Origin: Octopus sinensis
Lineage: Eukaryota
Reading direction: 5' to 3'
NCBI RefSeq assembly: GCF_006345805.1
Contig: NC_043005.1
Location: forward strand, 30,690,001 to 30,754,000
Length of the DNA: 64,000 bases
In this document: positions 39,926 to 50,326 of the stretch, piece after piece
Layout: every line of letters begins with the position of its first letter
Position numbering within the stretch: the first letter of the stretch is position 1
The notes under the pieces: model-generated
Seen by the model: only the letters and a program-made list of their open reading frames with translations
Told to the model about the DNA's origin: nothing
Databases searched by the model: none
Translations under genes and position numbers: made by a program

Positions 39926-40299
39926 GTACATTATTTACATTATTTACATTTGACAAATATTTGTTCTCATCTTGTTCGTTGTTAACACAAAGTTTCGGCT
40001 GATATCAGGTGTCTTGGGGAAATTTTGAACCTGGGTTCTCATTCCTAAGCCATTGGCATAGTGGTTAAGAGCGCAGGCTTCTAACCCCAAGATTCTGAGT
40101 TCAATTCCAAGCAGTGACCTGAATAATAATATAATAAGAAGAAGAACATCGTAAAATACCTTAGGAATGAGAACCCAGGTTTGAAATTTCCCTGATGAAG
40201 GCTGGAGGGTATATCAGCCAAAACGTTGTGTTAACAACAAACAAGATGAGGACAAATATCCGTTAAATGTAAATGATGTAAATAATGTAAATAATGTAC
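39926..40299 (+). mobile_element. tRNA-headed unit with hammerhead-bearing tail and inverted 5' copy of that tail
   Basis: Arms 39926-40049 and 40160-40299; tRNA-like head 40054-40119 (A box TGGCATAGTGG, loop CTTCTAA, B box GTTCAATTCC); HHR remnant 40192-40230. Confidence 0.8.
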
Positions 40300-41099
40300 T
40301 GTATGTATTTCCTGAAATACATACAGTACGTACTATGTGAAACCTAATTTACCATCATCTTAATCCAACATTGCATTACGCTTGCAGTCAAGACACATTA
40401 CTTCTTTTAATCTATTGATCAGAGACAAAAAAAACCCACCATAGATATCACTTGTATTATATGGTTAAGTGATTAGTATTGATAAAGCTGCTAATCTTCA
40501 GGGAAAACACTTTATCCAATACTTGTAAATTTTCAGAGCCAATTTAGACGATGGTAAATATGAAAATGCATGGGAAATAGTATATTTATGAAGCAACAAA
40601 TACACAACTTCATGGCTAAAGACAAGCTACTGAATACTAACTGGGCTTGTTACATCAGCAGCCTTCATCCTTATAATAAGAACCAAATCGTAATCCCCAG
40701 TCCTTCTGATGAGAAGGATAAATGTTAATTCAGTAATGGCTAAATTACACTTTAATCTCATCAACTAATCCTAGCTTGCTGTCTCATACCATAACTTCCT
40801 TAATCCATTAATCTTATGAAGTGTGATTTAGCTTTCAACAAATTTCACAACATTACTTTGAAAAAGCTGCTTTAAACTTAGTGTTAAGTATAAAAAACAG
40901 TGAGTTTTTGTTTTCACTGAGATAGCTAAACCAATTGCTAATACTTACAACCCTGATGTTCATGACAATCACACTGTTCTCCTCTCTTTTAACAAAAGTT
41001 GTTGGAAAGGTTGTTGCTTTTGTAGTCAAAATATAACTTTACATCTCTAGCAAACATTTTTTTAAAGTTATAACGCTTTACAGATTACATAATAAAATA

Positions 41100-42330
41100 T
41101 ACACCAATACATATGGCATACACACCAGTATATAGGTTATATACATCACCCCATCAGTCATACATACCAACCTGTTATTCTTACTAACACAGCAATTATA
41201 TACACCAACAAATGTGCTACATTCAACAACACATATTAGACACAGTAATATATGCATTATACATGCCATATACTGCAGCGACGGCGTGTGGCAAGCACAT
41301 TTTCCCCGATCAAGAGTGAGAAATTTTTGGCTATGAATGGACATCCAGAGACAATGTGGTCTCATTGTGACTGGTAGCATATTCTGCATTTGGTGTTAGA
41401 ACCTGTTTTCATTATTTTGCTTTTATAGTTGTTTGTGGTCAGGCATTGGTCTTGTGCAGTGAGAATTAGTCCTTCCATTTCTGTTTTTAGTCCAAAGCTT
41501 TTAGACCATTGTTGGCTTTCACTTAGGCTCACTTTTTCTCTACCAATCCTTGCAGGGTATTGGCAATGGAATGATTTTTCTCTCCCTTTCTTCAGGTCTG
41601 TTTTCATGTTGTCTTATGTCTCTTTGACCATTTCTTCTGCGTCAGTGTTTCAGTATAATTTGTTTCTGTTTTGTATTTTATTACCTCCTTATGTATAGAG
41701 AAAAGCACTCTATTCTTCGATGTTGCCTTATTACAAGTAGTAGTTACCCACTTTTTATTTCCAAGTATTTTTTTTAGTCCTTCTGCTATTATTTTATAGT
41801 ACTTCTCTATCTTTATCAGGTTGCATCCTCCTTCTAAAGTAGGTATATTTTGTTTGTGTCTTCTTTGGAGTGGTGACTCTGGTATGTTGTTAATAGTTTC
41901 CTGGTCTTTTTTTATCAAAGTTTCTCAATTCACTAATTTTCCAATTTATTCTGTTGAAGCTGTAATTTATGACTGGTATAGCTTACATGTTTATCCCTAT
42001 CATAGTTTTAGCATTAAGTTCAGTTTTTAATATTAATTTAACTCTTTTATAATATTCTTTCCTAATTTTCTCTTTCCTTTCTATGCATTGTATTTTAACT
42101 ATTTTGTCGATTCCTACATTGTGGTCTAATTCTCTAATTTCTGTGTCTATGTCAAGTGCTGTGTTTTCAGTGTTGATTGATTTGTATCTTTTTAATGTAA
42201 CTTTAGTACATTTGTCCAATCTTATTTTCATCATGATGTCTTTGCTGAAACTCTGAACAATTTCGGGGAAGTTTCCCTGTTCAGTAATATTCTTAAAAGA
42301 AATTTTAAGCCACCCATATATAGGAGGTGA
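41100..42330 (-). mobile_element. R4/Dong-like non-LTR retrotransposon fragment
   Basis: LDKCTKVTLKR, KEYYKRVKLILKTELNAK, EGLILTAQDQCLTTNNY..TKCRIC. Confidence 0.8.
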
Positions 42331-42804
42331 TTTATAGTTTGTCCATAGTGACTGTAACTCATGGTTGTCTCATTCAACAAGTTTGTCAGTGGGGTCAGAG
42401 CAAAGTAAAAGAGCAGAGGAACACTAATAAAAAAACTTAAGTCCCATAAGGATTTTATTCTTCGTCCATCAAAGTCCTGAGTTCAAATTTCACTAGTGTC
42501 AGCTTTGCCTATCATTCTCTATGGATACTAAAAAACAATAACAGTCATATACTAAGGCCAATTCAGTCAACTACAAGTCTCTCATATGAACATAGCCAAG
42601 TCATTGGTGAAGTGAAATCAGTTTATGCTTCCAATTATTGCTGTCTGTTGCTTTTCTCTCTCATGTCTTTTAATTCATAAATTTAAGAAATAAAGTTAAC
42701 CATTTTGTAATATACAGATATTTATTATTTCATTGTAGGATTAAACAGGTAAGAAATACACGGCCTTTGTATAGGGTGCTTCTGTAGAAGAAATTTAATG
42801 CAAA

Positions 42805-42960
42805 GCTCATGGCTGTGTGGTTAAAAAGTCCACTTCACAACCATATGGTCTGAGGTTCAGTCTCCCTGTATGACACCTTAAGCAAATGTCTTCTACTATA
42901 GCTACAGACTGACCAAACCCTTGTGAGTGAATTTGGTAGACAGAAATTGTGTGGAAGCCC
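42805..42960 (+). mobile_element. SINE A-like 5' half
   Basis: ATGGCTGTGTGGTTAAAAAG...GGTTCAGTCTCC. Confidence 0.75.
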
Positions 42961-42982
42961 ATTGTACATGTGTATATATATA

Positions 42983-43015
<33 letters not shown>

Positions 43016-43165
43016 ATTCATAAATGAGGGCAAAGGAAAAAATTTCTAATGCCAAATATGCCGAAAAATTGGACATATTGTCCATTAACCATATAATTTT
43101 TTCACAATACGCACTCTACTCGAAAAAAGGTCGACAGAAATTTCTAAAAAATTCCATTATTACCA

Positions 43166-43218
43166 TATCGGACCGATTTCAGAGTTAGCTACTAAGAGCC
43201 CTCTCTTCGTCAGTGATA
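43166..43218 (-). ncRNA. type-I hammerhead in a TA-adjacent PLE-like repeat
   Basis: Reverse complement: TATCA-CTGACGA-AGAG AGG GCT CTTAGT AGC TAA CTCT-GAAA-TCGG-TC-CGATA; GUC triplet. Confidence 0.7.
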
Positions 43219-43508
43219 CATGGGGCAACAGAAATAAATGAGATACTTACCTATACCCATGGAAGAGGCAAATACTAAGTCATGGGCACAACTAAGTACC
43301 CCAAATACATCCAAAATAGAAATACTCCAGCCCATTCGAGGCACGTGCGATTTGAACTGAGGCTCTCACAGAGTGAGTTAGTTAGTTCGGAAGTGAACAC
43401 TTAAATTTATATCAAATGTGAGGACAAAATTCTTTTCAAAAAAAAAAATTTTTTTTTTTAAATATATTTTCTCGAAAAAAATTTCATCAATGGCCAGCAT
43501 ATTAATAA

Positions 43509-43920
43509 TCTCTTATTATAAAAGGCAGATTTTATCTGCCTCCCTTTGGGAGTTATACAAATCTACAATATAGGATTTCTTCAATTACAATTTACCTAGC
43601 ATTTTTGAGAGTACAACGCATCGCGTCATGCCAGGTCCAGTTTTTAAAATTTAAACTCCAATTAAGCAAAATTTACAGAAAACTCACATTCTGGTGTGTG
43701 TGTCAAATGCTTTTCTTAGTCTGGTTTACACCACACGCAAACGCACACACACAGTGGGCAACGAATAAAATGAAAGTAAATAGAGACAGAGTGATTTGAG
43801 GAAGACTAAAGTGAAAGTATTCTGTCTATGACACTGATAGATACATGAGTAAAATGTATGGGAAGCTAAGAGCTAAGAGTGAGTGAAAATGTTCTTGGAA
43901 GAGAGTAATTAGTAATAAAG
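43509..43920 (+). mobile_element. Helitron-like 5' segment
   Basis: A|TCTCTTATTATAAAAGG 5' end; its own 3' end was not found. Confidence 0.5.
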
Positions 43921-44230
43921 TAAACATACACTCATACATACATACATACATACATACATACATACATACATACATACATACATTCACACACACACACACA
44001 CATACACACACACATACATACACACACATACATACATACACACATACATACATACATACATATACATACATACATATACATACATACACATACACACACA
44101 CACAGTATTGAAGCTTGAGAACAATCAGATACATTTGCAACACATCTGTTGAAAATATTATTGTTCACACACATACATATACATATATACATACAGACAG
44201 ACAGATAGACACACACACACACACACACAC

Positions 44231-44655
44231 ATGATCCAGCATGGCCACAACCTCAAGGCTGAAACATATAAAACAATAACAGAATATAAATGTGTGCAAA
44301 GTACAAGAAATATTAATGCAGTATATGGGGATTGGACAATAAGCATAAGGCAGTGTCAATGGTGGTTCCAGAAATCCCGAGCCATAAACTACAGTCTAGA
44401 AGACGAGCCTCATCCTGAAAGATCTGTAGAACTCGACAAGGACATCCTGAAAACCCTGGTGGAACAAAATCTCATCGTAACTGTTGAGGAACTAGCAGAG
44501 AAGCTTGGATTTGGTCATTCAACCATTCATTGACACCTGTGTGCTATCGGAAAAGTCAGCAAATTGGGTCAATGGGTTCCTCACGAACTTTCCGAGTCTA
44601 ATTGCATGCAGAGAGTGAATGTATGCTTTTCTTTGCTGTCATATCTCACCACTAC
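44231..44655 (+). pseudogene. mariner transposase N-terminal fragment
   Basis: RQCQWWFQKSR..SLEDEPHPERSVELD...EELAEKL...GQWVPHEL. Confidence 0.85.
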
Positions 44656-44668
44656 TGCGCTATGTATA

Positions 44669-45305
44669 TCTATATATATAAAACTGTAGTTGTGTGAGTG
44701 TCTGTCCCCTTCGATTTAGATTCCTAACTACTCCCACATTTTGCGGTACAGTTTAACCAAATTCGGGTAGCTTATAGTCGTGATTCATATCGAGCCCGTC
44801 TGAATATTAGTGCGCGTCTACGATGAGTCTACGATTTTAAAAATAATTTAACATCATTTTTTATTCCATTTTAATGCATAATTTTTTGTGTGTCGATGGC
44901 GGCGGAGTTGGCGTCCACGCTCACACCTGCACCTGTGGGGAAGGGAGTGTAAGGAAATCAACGTCGTAATGCGTTGTCAAGGAGACCAGTGTTCTTTTAG
45001 AACAACGACTTCATGGCTTGAAGACACCAAAACAGAAATGGCTAAGAAAGCGTCTACATGAGTCTACGATTTAAAAAAAATTTACCATCGTTTTTTTTCC
45101 ATTTTAATGCATTTTTTCGCTATTATATAAGGGAAGTAACTCTCTAAAAATGTCTACGATGAGTCAACGATTTTTTAAAAAATTTACCATCATATTTTTT
45201 TCCATTTTTAATGCATTTTTTGCTATTTTTTGGCTATAACTCTCTAAAAATGCTTATATAGCTATTTCCCTTACAAACCCGAGCAACGCCGGGCGATACT
45301 GCTAG
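44669..45305 (+). mobile_element. non-autonomous Helitron, both ends present
   Basis: A|TCTATATATATAAAA 5' end; 3' hairpin CCCGAGCAACGCCGGG (45278-45293) then CTAG|T; three internal GTCTACGATGAGTC repeats. Confidence 0.9.
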
Positions 45306-45382
45306 TTGTTTATAAATTTAACCGTTAAAGGTATTTTTTAATATGCTGGCCATTGATGAAATTTTTTTCGAGAAAATATATT

Positions 45383-45414
<32 letters not shown>

Positions 45415-45949
45415 CCTGATTGTCTGTGTGTGTGTCTTCTAGGATCTCAGACATCCTCCATCTGATTGCACTCAAATTTGATATGTTGATACCAACGGTA
45501 TCAGGGTGTGTATAAGTCTTGAAAAAATTACAAAAATTGATTCCAGGTGAGAATGCAATCGATAAAGCTGTTTTTGTCCTGCTTTTCTTCTGTCAACCTG
45601 TACACAACTGCACCTTCCATTTTTTGTTGTTTTTGCACTGCTTAAAGGCACGTTTCTTTCCTGCCAACCTTACTGTTTAAACCATGTTTGTGTTCTCCCA
45701 GTCAACAGCCTTATCATTACTGGTACTTTAAACTTTTCAGTTGCATATTTGTGGGAATAAAATTGTTTTTCTTTGGAATAGAAAAAAAGTCTATCTTTAT
45801 TTCTTCTTTTGCTGGTGTCTCAAATTTAGGTTAAATCAGTGTTTCTCAAAGGGGATGCCTATGGGATGGTCGGACAAGTTGTTTTGAGAAAATTTGGTTT
45901 AAATGTTTGACAACTCAGCACCGTCCATTGGACAGGGGGTGTTTTGCTC

Positions 45950-45993
<44 letters not shown>

Positions 45994-46009
45994 ATGATGA
46001 TGATGATAG

Positions 46010-46160
46010 GGAGAGTTTACGAAAAAACAAAGGACGAAGACAGGTGGTGTACAAAACAAACAGATGTATTAGTATAACACTCAGGAATAGAAAAAGTCCT
46101 TTACGTTTCGAGCCTACACTCTTCTATAAAAAGGGACACAGAAAAACAAGGAGAGAAAAT
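46010..46160 (-). mobile_element. PLE terminal-repeat fragment with dead hammerhead (46098-46133)
   Basis: Reverse complement: TTATAGA-A-GAG TGTAGG CTC-GAAA-CG-TA-AAGG. Confidence 0.55.
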
Positions 46161-46279
46161 ATATATATATAATAATATGAATAATATATATATATATAAT
46201 AATATAATAATATATATAATAATATAAATAATATATATATATAATAATATATATATATATATATATTTATTTATATATT

Positions 46280-46314
<35 letters not shown>

Positions 46315-46758
46315 ATACATACATACATACATAAATACATACATACATACATACATACATAATACATACATACATACATACATCATACATACATACATAC
46401 ATACATACATACATACATACATACATACATACATACGTATATACATACATATATGTACATACTTACATCTATATGTATATATATATGCATTTGCGGGCAC
46501 AGGATGTCACAAAAGAGAACAACAAAAAGTATGAAGCACAAGTACATGAAACAATGAATTATTCTTTCGAATAACGAAAGACATAAATGGAAAACAAAAC
46601 AAACAACATAAGGAACGACCCTTCATCAGTTGTTGGCTGTTTTACTTGTCTCGTATTTCAAGAATTGTGTGTATATATATATATATGTAACTAGATGTGG
46701 ATCATTGGCTATTCTTTTCCTGTGTCTTCCTTTTCCCTTGGACTTTGCTCTGTCTCCT

Positions 46759-46793
46759 GTTTCTGAAGAAGAGCTTTGCTTGAAATGTAAAAC
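46759..46793 (+). ncRNA. type-I minimal hammerhead in a PLE terminal-repeat fragment (about 46500-46890)
   Basis: GTTT-CTGAAGA-A-GAGC TTT GCTT-GAAA-TG-TA-AAAC. Confidence 0.7.
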
Positions 46794-46894
46794 TACCTTT
46801 ATTTCTTTCCCTGAGCATTTGCTAATACTTTGCACGTGCCACGTCCTCGCATTGTTGTTTTTTCTTGCGTTTTTCTTCATTTTTGGGGATTAAC

Positions 46895-46930
<36 letters not shown>

Positions 46931-46948
46931 TGTGTGTGTGTGCATATG

Positions 46949-47004
<56 letters not shown>

Positions 47005-47062
47005 ATATATATATATATCTATATATATATGTATATATATGTATATATATATATACACACAC

Positions 47063-47105
<43 letters not shown>

Positions 47106-48749
47106 CACACACATATACATATACATGTGTATCTGTGTGTGTGTGTGTAGAACTAAATGTGTGTCTTTGTGTCCATGTCTGCACCCCCCCTACTGCTTGA
47201 CTACCATAACCAATAAAAATAAGTACCAAACTTAATATATACATAGGCAATGGGCACAATTTCTCCAACTAAAAATTCTTGAAAGCAGTGCCCCAGCATG
47301 GCCACACAACCCAGTGACCAAAACAAGTAAAAAATAAGAAAGATAAACGATAAGTATCTATTCTCCCATTAGGTTCACCACAAACTGTATTTAACACGAT
47401 AAAGCCATTGCAAAGGCTGCAGTGATATATGAACCTTTAAAATCCTATCATGGTTCTGTGGATTCTTTAGTCTCTCCGGAATGGATGATATGCACTGCAG
47501 TCTGTCTCTATAAAATAGATAATCATTCTCAATAAGAATTCTAAGAGAAAGGGAATCGAAATATGGGTCAAATTATGTCCAGACTTCACTGGTTTTATTG
47601 ATTTGCTTTAAAACACACACACACTCAAACATATATACATGTTGGCACATATTCAAACAGATAGAGATACATATATACACATACACACATATGTATGTCC
47701 AAGCCTGTGTGCATGTGTGTGTGTGTGTATGTTGTGTATGTGTGTGTGTGTGTGTGTGTATGTGTGTGCGCATGTGCGCTAAATATTACACGACACATAT
47801 GTGGATGAACAAACACATGCATATAAGCATACAGACATATATATGCAGCCACATACACACACACACAAGAACACATATGTACACACACACATAAGGCATA
47901 CATACATGCGCACACATAAATACATAACTCTTGCATATAGACACATGGATAGCTGTACACATAGACATTTAGGCATACACACATCTAACACACACACACG
48001 CACACATAGATACGCACACACATGCACACACATGCACACACATGCATACAAACTTTTGACACGCATAGAATAGGGGATACACTGTCCCACATATATATAC
48101 AGAATAGAGACAAACGGACATGTATATAGGTGAAGCAGTGAGTGAGAGCTTTAAGTTTTATGGTATTGTTTTGGCGAAGCACCAAATGCAGTCACTACTG
48201 CATCACATTATGCTGCATCATCATCGTCGTCGTCGTCGTCGTCATTGTCATCGTCATCATCATCATCATGATCATCACCATCATCATGATGATGATCATC
48301 ATCATCATGATCATCATCATTGTCATGTGAGTTAAAACAAATAATATATTAGAAGCTGCATTTTGCTATCAACTTTATTGTTACAGCTGGATATTGTTAG
48401 CTCAATACCAGTAATGTGCTGGGACACCAACTTTATTATTGGCATTCACTACCACCGCATCACCACCTTTAACAGCAATAGCAATGCCAGTTCCACTACC
48501 ACCACCACCTCTCAACATCACCACCCTGACACCAACACCACCAACACTACCATCCCAACTTGTGAGCATCCCCACTCCACAACACCACTTACAGGCATTC
48601 CCAACCCAATGCCAACACCACCTCACCACCCCTATACCAGCAACACCCCCACTTCTAAACATCACCATCATCACCATCACCACAGTGACAGATATGTATG
48701 CAGTGGTTGAAAAGTCTTTATTAGCAATGATGATGATATAACTGAAACT

Positions 48750-48980
48750 GTAAAAATCACCCCGTCCACACCCTGTAAAGGGGTTGGCATTAGGAAGGGC
48801 ATCCAGTTGTAGAAACCAAGCCAAAATAGACATGGAGCCTGGGTAGTCCTTCAGCTGGCCAGCTCCTGTCAAACTGTCCAACCCATGCCAGCATGGGAAA
48901 CAGACGTTAAATGATGATGATGATGGTGATGATGATGGTTGAGGTGGTGATGGTGATGACGAGGATGATGACAATGATGA
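48750..48980 (+). mobile_element. RTE-tail repeat with (GAT)n tail
   Basis: Family motifs. Confidence 0.85.
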
Positions 48981-49009
48981 TGCATGTATGAATGCATATA
49001 TTCTTCACC

Positions 49010-49560
49010 CTTGTATATGTGTAGAAATGCTTTTGCTGCTTAGTTATAATTACAATGTTCCCAATGAAAAAGCAAGACTAGACAGAAAAACAAGAAAAAT
49101 AATTACTGCAATCTGCCATAGCCAGATAGTATTTACCGCAAGTACATGGAGACGGTGGGGTGGACCTTATGCAGCTAGTAAACTATTATAAAATGACCAG
49201 GACTACAAAGATGTCTAGTAAAGGATTAAGGAAAACTAATACAAATAGCAACAAACCCCTAATGAATAAAAAATCCCTATTTTCTGTCTTCAAAGAAATG
49301 CAGCGAATACAACAAATTAAGGGCCAAAGTGAGAAACAGTTGTGAAGAAAAAGGAAGAACAAGAGGAATTGTAAAATGCCATTATATAAACTAGAAATTC
49401 AGCAACATAGATGGGAAAGAAACAATCTTTTTTCCTTAGCTCCATTTTCGTGTAGGTCAGTAAATCTATCTGGCAAAAGTATAAATGCAATGCCTGAAGG
49501 GTCACCTGCACTAAAATGGAGTTAATGAAAAGAGATCCAGATTCATAACAATTAAGAGTA
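49010..49560 (+). mobile_element. decayed R4/Dong-like fragment
   Basis: ARLDRKTRKII...RRWGGPYAASKLL, resembling DRKTRK..LPRKEGGRGL. Confidence 0.5.
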
Positions 49561-49679
49561 ATCTTAAGTAATATCATATGAATATGAAACATTGTTACCT
49601 AATGATCCTGCACGGTGTAGAAACATGTGTTGTGATGTATTAATAAAGCCTATGAATGTTATTATTTGTTGATGTTTAT

Positions 49680-50180
49680 AAGGCAGTAAGCTGGCAGAAA
49701 TGTTAACATGTCAGGCGAAATGCCTAGCGGTATTTCATCTGTCTTGAGTTCATGTGGGATGATATCAGCAGCTGGGGAGCTGACCAGAACTTGGGGCTGA
49801 CTGGAAGAGGAAGAGGCAGGAGTGACGCGCGCGCAGGCAGGGGAGCATTGGGCCTTTTCGATCGGGGTAGCCAACAGAGCTGGACGTGTGAGCGCTTTGT
49901 CAAGGTAAGGGAAATGCAGCTGCTATTTTTAGCGTTCAGGTCAGGCCACATGGAAGGGTGCATTACCACCAGAGAGGTCTGCACGAAAGAAGAGAAGGTA
50001 GATGTCTTTATTTCAAATCTCCCGCATACACCACAGTTCAAATTCCACTGAGGTCTACTTTGCCTTTCATCCTTTCAGGGTCAATAAATTAAGTACTAGT
50101 TGTGAACTGGGGTCAATCTAATTGACTGGTCCCCTCCCACCAAATTTTAGGCCTTGTGCCTAGAGTAAAAATGATTATTC
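49680..50180 (+). mobile_element. SINE family B interrupted by a solo LTR
   Basis: Head 49680-49752; resumes at GTTCAAATTCC at 50036. Confidence 0.85.
49753..50035 (-). mobile_element. solo LTR (283 bp)
   Basis: TGTGG...CCACA termini; 5-bp target duplication GTTCA (49748-49752, 50036-50040); AATAAA on the minus strand. Confidence 0.88.
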
Positions 50181-50291
50181 GTTATTGTGTGTTTGTGTGT
50201 GTGTGTGTGGCATGTGTGTGACCAAATCTGTAACCATTTGGTTGGGAAGCAAACTTCTTAACCACACAGCCATTACACACACACACACACA

Positions 50292-50322
<31 letters not shown>

Positions 50323-50326
50323 TATA

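Noticed and set aside
40054-40119. Functional tRNA gene
   Set aside because: Acceptor and anticodon stems do not pair properly; this is a SINE-type head.
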